In this document: positions 17,820 to 27,620 of the stretch, piece by piece
Layout of the letters: each line of letters starts with the position of its first letter
Position numbering within the stretch: position 1 is the stretch's first letter
NCBI GenBank assembly: GCA_035502235.1
Contig: DATJUQ010000027.1
Coordinates: forward strand, 5,555-69,554
Length of the DNA: 64,000 bases
Reading direction: 5' to 3'
Origin: Allosphingosinicella sp.
GTDB lineage: Bacteria; Pseudomonadota; Alphaproteobacteria; Sphingomonadales; Sphingomonadaceae
Made by a program: the position numbers and the translations under genes
The notes under the pieces: model-generated
What the model saw: the letters and a program-made list of their open reading frames with translations, nothing else
Told to the model about the DNA's origin: nothing
The model's database searches: none

Positions 17820-17881
17820 GTGCGCATATATGTACACATCTTGGAGACCATGGTCCAGCATCGTGTGTATTTTAATACGCA
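17820..17881. promoter_or_regulatory. Two imperfect palindromes upstream of hicA (candidate HicB operators)
   Basis: gtgcgcatatatgtacac (17820-17837) and tgtgtattttaatacgca (17864-17881), AT-rich islands in GC-rich DNA. Confidence 0.5.
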
Positions 17882-17959
17882 CCATCCACATGCTGGATAG
17901 CGGCGCGGGAAACTGCTGTAAGACGGTCCGCCTGTCCGACCCGTCACAAAGGAATTGTC

Positions 17960-18610
17960 ATGAGCAAGCTCCGCGTCGCCTGCTTCACCGTGTCGCTGGA
18001 CGGCTATGGCGCCGGGCCGGACCAGAGCCTGGAGACGCCGCTCGGCGTCGGCGGGGAATCCCTCCACGGCTGGATGGTCGGGACCCGCATCTTCAAGGCG
18101 ATGACCGGCCAGGAGGGCGGCGCCACCGGCGTCGACGACGATTTCACCGCGCGGGGCTTCGCCAATGTCGGCGCCTGGATCCTCGGGCGCAACATGTTCG
18201 GGCCGGTGCGCGGCCCGTGGCCGGACGAGAACTGGCGCGGCTGGTGGGGCGAGACGCCGCCCTATCGCTGCCCGGTCTTCGTGCTGACCCATCATGCGCG
18301 CGCCCCGCTGGAAATGGAGGGCGGGACTTTGTTCCACTTCGTCACCGGCGGGATCGGGGAGGCGCTCGACCGGGCCCGGGCGGCCGCGGCCGGCAAGGAC
18401 ATCCGGGTCGGCGGGGGCGTCTCGACGATCCGGCAGTATCTCGAGGCCGGGCTGCTCGACGAGCTCCACCTCGCCGTCTCGCCGGTCCTGCTCGGAAGCG
18501 GCGAGGCGCTGTTCGCGGGGCTGGACCTGCCGGCGCTGGGTTACGGGGTGCGGGAGACGGTGGCCACGGCGGCCGCCAACCATGTCATGCTGGCGCGGGT
18601 GGGGGCGTAG
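17960..18610 (+). CDS. Dihydrofolate reductase / RibD C-terminal domain family protein
   Basis: VSLDGY, ILGRNMF, PVFVLTH, VGGG...IRQYL..GLLDELHL...P.LLGSG. Confidence 0.88.
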   Translation: MSKLRVACFTVSLDGYGAGPDQSLETPLGVGGESLHGWMVGTRIFKAMTGQEGGATGVDDDFTARGFANVGAWILGRNMFGPVRGPWPDENWRGWWGETPPYRCPVFVLTHHARAPLEMEGGTLFHFVTGGIGEALDRARAAAAGKDIRVGGGVSTIRQYLEAGLLDELHLAVSPVLLGSGEALFAGLDLPALGYGVRETVATAAANHVMLARVGA

Positions 18611-18650
18611 GACGGCGCGTTTGGCCGCGCCTGGGGGTCGCTCTCTGTTA

Positions 18651-18765
18651 GTCATCCCGGCGAAGGCCGGGACCCATGAACATTGTTGCTCCCTGTTGAG
18701 CGAAAACGCCGTCGCCACATTCTCACAGGGCCGTGTTCATGGGTCCCGGCCTTCGCCGGGATGAC
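18651..18765. repeat. REPIN-like doublet, family B (GTCATCCCGGCGAAGGCCGGGACCCATGAAC inverted pair)
   Basis: 31-bp arms at 18651-18681 and 18735-18765; other copies at 19435-19549 and 61760-61876. Confidence 0.9.
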
Positions 18766-18974
18766 TATTTTGGTTTGATCCTTTCCCTCTTCCCTTCCCC
18801 CTTTCTCCTTCTATTCTTCCCAGTTGTTTTCTTCTTCTCTCTCTCTATTTTTCCCTACTTCTCTTTCGCGCGTGCCACCTCCTCTTCGTGTGCGATTCCC
18901 CCCCCCCGCTTCCAACGCGACCTTTCCAGAATTATCGTTTTCGATGAATATATCATCGTGCTATACGGTTTTCG

Positions 18975-19289
18975 ATGGCCGCCCATGTCTACATCCTCGC
19001 GAGCAAGCGCAACGGGACGCTCTATGTCGGCTGCACGACGGACCTGCCGAAGCGCATCTTCGAGCATCGCAACGGCCTGATCCCGGGCTTCACCAAGCGC
19101 TACGGCGTGAAGCGGCTCGTCCATGTCGAGACCTATCACGACGTCAGCGACGCGATCGTCCGGGAGCGGCGGCTGAAGGACTGGCACCGGGCGTGGAAGA
19201 TCCGGCTGATCGAGCGGGACAATCCCTGCTGGGACGATCTCGCGGTGAGCCTGCTGGGTTTCGAACCGCTGGTTGCGGTCGCGCGATAG
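18975..19289 (+). CDS. Small GIY-YIG nuclease family protein
   Basis: HVYILASKRNGTLYVGCTTDLPKRIFEH...AIVRERRLKDWHRAWKIRLIE..NP.W.DL. Confidence 0.92.
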   Translation: MAAHVYILASKRNGTLYVGCTTDLPKRIFEHRNGLIPGFTKRYGVKRLVHVETYHDVSDAIVRERRLKDWHRAWKIRLIERDNPCWDDLAVSLLGFEPLVAVAR

Positions 19290-19318
19290 AGTGTGATCCG
19301 GTTGGGTTGGGCCACACA

Positions 19319-19399
19319 CCGTTCGCCCTGAGCCTGTCGATGGGCGTTCCTTCTTGTAGCCGAAAGAAAAGAGAGGGCTTCGACACGCTCAGCCCGAAC
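19319..19399. repeat. REP doublet, family C
   Basis: ccgttcgccctgagcctgtcga...ttcgacacgctcagcccgaac. Confidence 0.85.
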
Positions 19400-19434
19400 A
19401 TTTGGGAGATTCTAACCCGGTGAATCCCAAGCTA

Positions 19435-19549
19435 GTCATCCCGGCGGAGGCCGGGACCTATGAACGCGGTTCTGTCAGGGTGTGGCGACGGTGTCTTCGC
19501 TCTACGGGATATAGCGGTGTTCATGGGTCCCGGCCTTCGCCGGGATGAC
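19435..19549. repeat. REPIN-like doublet, family B
   Basis: Same arms and same 115-bp length as 18651-18765. Confidence 0.9.
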
Positions 19550-19719
19550 TATTTTATTGTGCCGTCAATTCATTGCTTGCTTCCTCTTCCCGCTTTTCTT
19601 CCCGCCGAAGCCTTCGCTTTGGCGTGAAGGGACGGATTGCCGCGCCCAATTGGTGCGGGGCGCGATTGACTCTTGGGCGGGGCGGGCGAACACTCGCGGC
19701 TTCACGCGAGGAGTCGCTT

Positions 19720-19947
19720 ATGGCCGCTTATGCCGTCGAGCTCATGACCCGTTATGACGGACTGGTCATCGCCACCTTCCCGGACCTGCCGGGACTCTCC
19801 GCGCTCGGCCGCGACGACGAGGAGGCGATCGGCGAGGCGCGGCGGGCGCTGGACGAACATGCGCGCTCCGGCGAGGCCCTCCCCGCGCCCGCGGCCCGCG
19901 GCGCGACGATGATCGAGGCGCCGCTGCTGATCGTCCCGGCGGTCTAG
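19720..19947 (+). CDS. Short HicB-like protein (N-terminal domain only)
   Basis: GLVIATFPDLPG...GRDDEEAIGEARRAL......LPAP; RBS GAGGAG. Confidence 0.7.
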   Translation: MAAYAVELMTRYDGLVIATFPDLPGLSALGRDDEEAIGEARRALDEHARSGEALPAPAARGATMIEAPLLIVPAV

Positions 19948-20049
19948 CCCCGCGGCCGGCGCGCCCCAAAAGGCGCAGTCCTCCCGAATAAGCACGGGCC
20001 GCCCCTCGCGGGCGTTGAATTGTGCATGGGGGAGGTTCATGGGGGCGCC

Positions 20050-20481
20050 ATGCTTTCTCAACGAACGCGGTATACAATCAGGGCGCTGCTGCACCTCGCC
20101 GACCGCTATGGGGAAGGCCCGGTGCAGCTCAGCGAGATCGCGCAGGCGCAGAACCTGCCCGGCAAGTTCCTGACCGTGATCCTCTCCCAGATGCGCCGCG
20201 CCGGCCTGGTCGAGACGATGCGCGGCCGCGAGGGCGGCTATTGGCTGGCCCGGCCGCCGGCCGCGATCACCTATGGCGAGATCGTGCGGCTGACCCGCGG
20301 CTCGCTGGGCCTGCTGCCCTGCGCCAGCCGGCTCGCCTACGAGCAGTGCAAGAATTGCATCAGCGAGGACCAGTGCCGCCTGCACCGGGCGATGCTGATG
20401 GTCCGCGACGAGACCGCGCGCATCCTCGACGGACTCAGCCTCGCGGACAAGGTCGAGGTCGAAGAGCAAGTCGAGGCATGA
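20050..20481 (+). CDS. Rrf2 family transcriptional regulator
   Basis: YTIRALLHLA...L.VILSQM...GLVE..RG..GGY.LA; four Cys (PCAS...CKNC...C). Confidence 0.92.
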   Translation: MLSQRTRYTIRALLHLADRYGEGPVQLSEIAQAQNLPGKFLTVILSQMRRAGLVETMRGREGGYWLARPPAAITYGEIVRLTRGSLGLLPCASRLAYEQCKNCISEDQCRLHRAMLMVRDETARILDGLSLADKVEVEEQVEA

Positions 20482-21770
20482 CGGGCAAAAGGGTCGCGGT
20501 CATCGGCGCGGGGGCGTCGGGGACCTTGCAGGCGCTTCACCTGCGGCGCGCGGGCGCCCGCGTCACCCTGATCGAGCGCGGCCCCCGGCCCGGGCGCGGC
20601 GTCGCCTACGGCACCCGGCAGGCCGAGCATCTGCTGAACGTGCCCGCGCGGCGGATGGGGGCCTATGCCGACAGGCCCGACCATTTCGCCCGCTGGTGGG
20701 CCGACCGCACCGACTTCGCCGCCACCGAGGAGGATTATGCGCCGCGCATGGTCTATGGCGATTATCTGACCGAATTGCTGCGCGACGCCGACGTGCCGGT
20801 GGCGCGGGGCGAGGCGGTGGACATCGCCGACGGGGCGGTGGTGCTGGCCGACGGCGCCCGGCTGGCGGCGGACCATGTGGTGCTGGCGCCGGGCAATTTC
20901 CCGCCGGCGACGCCGCGCGGCCTCGACGTCGCGGCGCTCGGCGAAAAGTGGATCGACGATCCCTGGGCGGGCGGGCTGGCGGGGCTGGGGAAGGACGACA
21001 CGCTCTTCCTGCTCGGCACCGGGCTGACCGCGGTCGACGTGGCGCTGACCCTGGAGGCGAGCGGCTTCAAGGGGCGGATCGTGGCGCTATCGCGGCGCGG
21101 CCTGCTGCCCCGCGTCCATGGCCTGCGCGAACCGATGGTCGCCGCGCGCGCGGACCTGGTGCCGGCCTGCCTGCCGATGCTCCGGCGGGTGCGGGCGCGG
21201 ACCCAGGAGGTGGGCTGGCGCAGCGCGGTGCAGGAATTGCGCACGGTCACGCAATGGCTCTGGGAGCAGGCGAGCGAGGCCGAGCGGCGCCGCTTCCTGC
21301 GCCATTTGCGGCCCTGGTGGGACGTGCACCGGCACAAACTCGCGCCGGCGATCGGGGCGACGATCGAGGCGATGCGGCTCGACGGGCGGCTGATCGTGGC
21401 GAGCGGGCGGCTGCTGTCGGCGATTCCGGCCGCCGGCGGCGCGGAGATCGCGTTCCGGCCGCGCGGGGGCGACGGCGTCGAGCGGCTGTGCGCGGCGCGG
21501 CTGGTCAATTGCACCGGGCCGGAAAGCGACATCGCCCGCGCCGGCGAGCCTTTGCTGGACGCGCTGCTGGCGTCGGGCGCGATCCGGCAGGACGCGCTGC
21601 GGGTGGGCGTGGACGTGGACCTGGAGTGCCGCGCGATCGGCGCGGACGGGGCGGCGAGCGAGACCCTGTCGGTGATCGGGCCGGTGACGCGCGGCACCTT
21701 CTGGGAGAGCGTGGCGGTGCCCGACATCAGGGTGCAGGCGGCGGCGGTGGCGGCGCGGCTCTGCGGGTGA
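20478..21770 (+). CDS. FAD/NAD(P)-binding oxidoreductase (YdhS-like)
   Basis: VAVIGAGASG, GRGVAYGT...HLLNVPA..M, GTGLTAVD, VNCTGP, GTFWESVAVP; ATGA overlap with rrf2. Confidence 0.85.
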   Translation: MTGKRVAVIGAGASGTLQALHLRRAGARVTLIERGPRPGRGVAYGTRQAEHLLNVPARRMGAYADRPDHFARWWADRTDFAATEEDYAPRMVYGDYLTELLRDADVPVARGEAVDIADGAVVLADGARLAADHVVLAPGNFPPATPRGLDVAALGEKWIDDPWAGGLAGLGKDDTLFLLGTGLTAVDVALTLEASGFKGRIVALSRRGLLPRVHGLREPMVAARADLVPACLPMLRRVRARTQEVGWRSAVQELRTVTQWLWEQASEAERRRFLRHLRPWWDVHRHKLAPAIGATIEAMRLDGRLIVASGRLLSAIPAAGGAEIAFRPRGGDGVERLCAARLVNCTGPESDIARAGEPLLDALLASGAIRQDALRVGVDVDLECRAIGADGAASETLSVIGPVTRGTFWESVAVPDIRVQAAAVAARLCG

Positions 21771-21812
21771 AAGGGGACACATACTTTTTCGCGAAAAAGT
21801 ACGTGTCCCCTT
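21771..21812. terminator. Near-perfect 42-bp palindrome between convergent genes (bidirectional terminator or REP)
   Basis: aaggggacacatactttttcg / cgaaaaagtacgtgtcccctt, one mismatch, followed by a T-run. Confidence 0.7.
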
Positions 21813-21814
21813 TT

Positions 21815-23155
21815 TCAGATCACGATCCGGAACAGGGCGCCGCCGCCCTCGCGGTCGCCGACGCTGATCGCGCCGCGGTGGGCGAGGACGACCTGGCGGG
21901 CGAGGCTGAGGCCGACGCCGGTCCCTTCCTGCTTGGTGGTGAAGAAGGGGAGGAAGATGTCCTGCTTCAGCCCCTCGGGCACGCCGGGGCCGTTGTCGGC
22001 GACCTCGATCTGGGCGCGGCCGGAGCGGGTGCGGGTGAAGCTCAGCCAGACATGCGGGTCGCCGGCATGGGCCTTGGCCGCCTGGCCGGCATTGCGGATC
22101 AGGTTGATCAGCACCTGGCTCATCAGGTCGGGATCGGCGTCGAGATTGGGGACGCCGTCGACCGACAGAGTGAAGCCGATCCCGTCCATCCGGTCGCTGG
22201 CGCGGAACAGGCTTTCCAGCTCCCGGCCCCAGGCGGCGATGTCGATCGGGCGGCGGCGGACCTCGGGCGCGCGGCTGATCTGGCGGTAGCTCTCGACGAA
22301 GTGCATCACCCCGTCGGCGCGGCGGGAGAGCGTCTCCACCGCCATGCGGGCGTCGGCGAGATCGGCGTTCGCGCCCTGGTCGACGCCGCGCATCAGATCG
22401 ACCGCGGTATGGGCGAGGCTGGTGACCGGGGTCATCGAGTTCATGATCTCGTGGGTGAGCACGCGGATCAGGTCCGACTGGGCGGCGATCTCGACCGCGT
22501 TCAGCTCGCCCTGGATCGGCTGGACGGCGACGACCCGGACCAAGCCGCCGAGCCGGTGCACGATCGCGGCGCTGACCAGCATGGTCTGCGGCACGCCGTC
22601 GGAGAGCAAGGGCACGAGCCGGGGCCGGTTCACCGCGCCGCCCTCCAGCGCCGAGGCGAAGGCCTCGCCATATTCGCGGAAATCCTCGACCCGGACGCCC
22701 TTGTGGCGGACGAGGAGGCGGCGCGCGGCCTTGTTGGCGAGCTCGACCTTGCCGTTGTCGACGGTGAGCAGGGCGGTCGGGGCGTCGTCGAGCACCGCCT
22801 CGTAGAAGCGGTTGGCGTCGATCAGTTTGTGGCGCTCGTCGCGCAGCTTCTTCACCGCCTCGTCGAGCACCGCGCTGAGATCGCCGAAGCCCGAGCCCTG
22901 GCCGCGGTTGGAGAAGCCTTGCGAGAAATCGCCGAAGCGGACCGCGTCGATGAAGCGGGCGAGCTCGAGATTGGTGCGCTGGATGTAGCGCCAGAGCATG
23001 AAGGCGCCGCCGAGGACGAGCAGGCCGGCGGCGATCCGCGCCGCGCCCAGATCCGCGCGGCCGAGCGCGGCGACGAACAGGAAGACCAGGCCGAGGAGCA
23101 AGGCGAAGCGCCAGGCGAGGCCGAGCACGAAGCGGTTGTGGAAGTGGAGGCTCAT
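21815..23155 (-). CDS. Sensor histidine kinase (2 TM, PAS-like, HisKA/HATPase)
   Basis: HEIMNSMTP H-box, NLIRNA N-box, DNGPG, FFTTK, GTGVGLSL. Confidence 0.93.
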   Translation of the reverse strand: MSLHFHNRFVLGLAWRFALLLGLVFLFVAALGRADLGAARIAAGLLVLGGAFMLWRYIQRTNLELARFIDAVRFGDFSQGFSNRGQGSGFGDLSAVLDEAVKKLRDERHKLIDANRFYEAVLDDAPTALLTVDNGKVELANKAARRLLVRHKGVRVEDFREYGEAFASALEGGAVNRPRLVPLLSDGVPQTMLVSAAIVHRLGGLVRVVAVQPIQGELNAVEIAAQSDLIRVLTHEIMNSMTPVTSLAHTAVDLMRGVDQGANADLADARMAVETLSRRADGVMHFVESYRQISRAPEVRRRPIDIAAWGRELESLFRASDRMDGIGFTLSVDGVPNLDADPDLMSQVLINLIRNAGQAAKAHAGDPHVWLSFTRTRSGRAQIEVADNGPGVPEGLKQDIFLPFFTTKQEGTGVGLSLARQVVLAHRGAISVGDREGGGALFRIVI

Positions 23156-23163
23156 GCTTCAAT

Positions 23164-23288
23164 TCCTCCCCGGCACGGGGAGGGGGACCATGCGCAGCAT
23201 GGTGGAGGGGGCCCGGGGACCACCGCAAGCGCTGGGCCCCCTCCACCACGCGCTACGCGCGCGGTCCCCCTCCCCGTGCCGGGGAGGA
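23164..23288. repeat. REP doublet, family D (CCTCCCC...GGGGAGGGGGACC...GGTGGAGGGG)
   Basis: Homologous copies at 38251, 41448 and 50860. Confidence 0.85.
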
Positions 23289-23293
23289 GCTTG

Positions 23294-24715
<1,422 letters not shown>

Positions 24716-24732
24716 TCTCCCGCCCCGGAAAG

Positions 24733-24781
24733 TGTCCGATACCGGACAATGGCGGCGGACACCAGAGTCCGCGCGCGGACA
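24733..24781. promoter_or_regulatory. Candidate enhancer (UAS): tandem TGTCCG-N4-CGGACA palindromes
   Basis: tgtccg-atac-cggaca (24733-24748) and agtccg-cgcg-cggaca (24766-24781), 33 bp apart. Confidence 0.65.
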
Positions 24782-24867
24782 GATTTGCCCGGTTTCGGCC
24801 GCCCGGGCCGGCGCCCGCTCCGCGCTGAATGACCAGAAAATGGCGGATTTGCGCCGTTTTCCGCGGC

Positions 24868-24883
24868 TGGCACGGCTCCTGCT
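24868..24883 (+). promoter_or_regulatory. Sigma54 -24/-12 promoter
   Basis: TGGCACGGCTCCTGCT, GG-N10-GC spacing. Confidence 0.75.
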
Positions 24884-24926
24884 GAGCGGAGGGCAACAGG
24901 GATGCTTTCAAAAGGGAGTTAGGGAA

Positions 24927-25019
24927 ATGACCGTCAGCAAGTTCGAGACCTTCGCCTTCATGGCGGGCTTCATCGCCACCGGTTTCCTCACGCTCGTGGC
25001 GCTGCCGCTTGCCGCGTGA
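24927..25019 (+). CDS. Small hydrophobic protein (30 aa)
   Basis: MTVSKFETFAFMAGFIATGFLTLVALPLAA; RBS AGGGAG/AGGGAA; C/G-ending codons. Confidence 0.6.
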   Translation: MTVSKFETFAFMAGFIATGFLTLVALPLAA

Positions 25020-25119
25020 GGGGTGCCTGCGCGGCGGCGGATGGTCCCGGCCAGTATTGGCCCGGTTGCGTAACGGACTGACCGCCGCCGCCAGCCTTCA
25101 GCCTGTTTCGGGGGATTAG

Positions 25120-26424
25120 ATGAGCGTGGTGCGGATGAAAGAGCCACAGGGCGCGGTGAGCGGCGGCGGCATGGACCGGACGGTCGCGTCCCGCAGGCTC
25201 GGCACCAAGATGAAGCTCATCCTCGGCGGCGGCGGCATCCTGCTCCTCGCCCTCCTCTACTGGTTCCTCGCCCCGGCCGGGAACAGCCAGACGATCGACG
25301 CCAACAAGGTCACCATCGCCAGCGTGACCCAGGGCCGGTTCGACGATTTCCTGCCGCTCCGCGCGCAGGTCCAGCCCTCCCAGACCGTCTATCTCGATGC
25401 CGTCGAGGGCGGCCGGGTCGAGCGCGTGCTGGTCGAGGACGGCGCCATGGTGACGCAGGGCCAGCTGCTCGCCGAGCTCTCCAATTCCGATCTCCAGCTC
25501 AACGTGCTCGCCCGCCAGACCGAGGTGACGCAGCAGATCAACTCGATGCGCAGCCAGGAGCTGGCGCTGAACCAGACGCGCCTCGCCAACGAGCGCGCGC
25601 GGATCGAGGCCGATCTCGCGACCCAGACGGCGCGGCGCCAATATGAGCTGCAGCAGCCGCTCGCCGAGCGCGGCTTCGTCTCCGGCCGGACCTTTGCCGA
25701 CAGCCGCGACACCTATGAGGCGAATCGCCGCCGCTCCGACGTGCTCCGCCGCCAGCAGGGCGAGGACGAGCGCCTCCAGTCCGGCCAGCTCGCCCAGCTG
25801 CGCGCCTCCTCCGCTTCCCTGAACCAGAGCCTCGACATCGCCCGGCGCAGCCTCGACTCGCTGAACCTGCGCGCGCCCGTGTCCGGCCAGCTCACCAGCT
25901 TCGACATCCAGATCGGCCAGTCGCTGCAGCGCGGCGTCCGGCTCGGCCAGATCGACAGCGCCGGCCGCAACAAATTGCGCGCCCAGGTCGACGAATATTA
26001 TCTGAGCCGGGTCAATGAGGGCCTCACCGCCAATGCCGAGGTGAACGGCCGCACCTACCGGATGCGCGTCGCCAAAATCTATCCGCAGGTCCGCAACGGC
26101 ACCTTCGAAATCGACCTGCAGTTCGTCGGCGGGGAGCCGCAGGAGCTGCAGCGCGGCCAGACCGTGCAGCTGCGCATGACGCTCGGCGCGCCGTCGCCGG
26201 CCCGGCTCGTGCCGAACGGCGCCTTCTACAACGACACGGGCGGCAACTGGATCTTCGTGGTGGCCGCGGACGGCCGCTCGGCGGTGCGCCGCCAGGTCCG
26301 GCTCGGCCGCCGCAACGCCGATTTCGTCGAGGTGCTCGACGGGCTGCAGCCCGGGGAGCGCGTGATCACCTCCCCCTATACCGGCTTCGCCGAGCGCGAC
26401 CGGCTCACCCTCTCCGGCCAATGA
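25120..26424 (+). CDS. Periplasmic adaptor / membrane fusion protein (HlyD/MacA-like)
   Basis: N-terminal TM; EGGRVERVLVEDG lipoyl motif; LRAPVSGQL; C-terminal VEVLDGL.PGERVI. Confidence 0.92.
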   Translation: MSVVRMKEPQGAVSGGGMDRTVASRRLGTKMKLILGGGGILLLALLYWFLAPAGNSQTIDANKVTIASVTQGRFDDFLPLRAQVQPSQTVYLDAVEGGRVERVLVEDGAMVTQGQLLAELSNSDLQLNVLARQTEVTQQINSMRSQELALNQTRLANERARIEADLATQTARRQYELQQPLAERGFVSGRTFADSRDTYEANRRRSDVLRRQQGEDERLQSGQLAQLRASSASLNQSLDIARRSLDSLNLRAPVSGQLTSFDIQIGQSLQRGVRLGQIDSAGRNKLRAQVDEYYLSRVNEGLTANAEVNGRTYRMRVAKIYPQVRNGTFEIDLQFVGGEPQELQRGQTVQLRMTLGAPSPARLVPNGAFYNDTGGNWIFVVAADGRSAVRRQVRLGRRNADFVEVLDGLQPGERVITSPYTGFAERDRLTLSGQ

Positions 26425-26449
26425 CGTGGGCAAAAGAAAGGAAGATCCA

Positions 26450-27130
26450 ATGTTGAGCATGCGTGAAGTTGCGCGGGTCTACCGCACCGACACGGTCGAG
26501 ACGACCGCGCTGGACGGCATCTTCCTGGACGTGGCCGACGGCGAGTTCGTCGCGATCATGGGTCCGTCGGGCTGCGGCAAATCCACCTTGCTCAACGTGA
26601 TCGGCATGCTCGACAGCCCGTCGAGCGGTTCGTACATGTTCGACGGCACCGAGGTCGCGAACCTCTCCGAGTCGAAGCTCGCCGACTTCCGCAAGCGGAA
26701 CATCGGCTTCATCTTCCAGTCCTTCAATCTCGTCGACGAACTCAGCGTCCGCGAGAATATCGAGCTTGCGCTGCTCTACCATAACGTCCCCACGGGGGAG
26801 CGGCGCACCCGGGTCGACGCGGTGATGGACAAGGTGGGCATCGCCCACCGCGCCAAGCACCGCCCGTCGCAGCTGTCCGGCGGACAGCAGCAGCGGGTCG
26901 CCGTCGCCCGGGCCCTTGTCGCAGCCCCCAAGCTGATCCTCGCCGACGAGCCCACGGGCAATCTCGACACGGCGCATGGCGAGGAGGTGATGAAGATGCT
27001 CCAGGCGCTCAACGCCGAGGGCTCGACCATCGTCATGGTCACCCACTCGCCAGCCCATGCCGATTATGCCGGCCGCGTCGTCAACATGCTGGACGGCCGC
27101 ATCCTGGTCGAGCACCGGCGGGCGGCGTGA
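26450..27130 (+). CDS. ABC transporter ATP-binding protein (MacB/LolD-like)
   Basis: [33 protein letters not shown]. Confidence 0.95.
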   Translation: MLSMREVARVYRTDTVETTALDGIFLDVADGEFVAIMGPSGCGKSTLLNVIGMLDSPSSGSYMFDGTEVANLSESKLADFRKRNIGFIFQSFNLVDELSVRENIELALLYHNVPTGERRTRVDAVMDKVGIAHRAKHRPSQLSGGQQQRVAVARALVAAPKLILADEPTGNLDTAHGEEVMKMLQALNAEGSTIVMVTHSPAHADYAGRVVNMLDGRILVEHRRAA

Positions 27131-27606
27131 TCCGGGGCGCGCTCCTGCTCGCGGCGCTCGCCGCCTGCGCCTCCGCCCCGGCGGCGGCGCAGCCGCGCGC
27201 GGGCACGACCGTGCTCATGTCCGAGCATCCGGGCGAGCGCGCCTTCCAGGAGCGCTACGGCTTCGCCGACGCGGTGATCGCCGGCGACAATATCTACCTG
27301 TCCGGCGTCGTCGTCGGCCAGAATCCGGGCGAGACGCTGGAGGCGGCCTATGAGCGCACCTACCGGCGGATCGCCGCCATCCTGGCCCGCGCAGGCGCGA
27401 GCTGGGACAATGTGGTCGACCTGACCTCCTATCATACGGACATCACCGCCCAGCTCGACGCGATGGCGGCCGTCCACCGGCGCCATGTCAACGCGCCCTT
27501 CCCCGCCTGGACCGCGATCGACGTCGATCGCCTCGTCCCGGACGGGGGCATTACCGAGATCAAGATCACCGCCTGGCGCCGCAACGCGCCCGCGGCGGCC
27601 AATTAA
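27127..27606 (+). CDS. RidA/YjgF family protein with signal peptide
   Basis: GFADAVIAGDNIYLSGVV...GASWDNVV...FPAWTAIDV..L....ITEIK; N-terminal Sec signal; GTGA overlap. Confidence 0.82.
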   Translation: MIRGALLLAALAACASAPAAAQPRAGTTVLMSEHPGERAFQERYGFADAVIAGDNIYLSGVVVGQNPGETLEAAYERTYRRIAAILARAGASWDNVVDLTSYHTDITAQLDAMAAVHRRHVNAPFPAWTAIDVDRLVPDGGITEIKITAWRRNAPAAAN

Positions 27607-27620
27607 GAGGGAGAGGGCAG

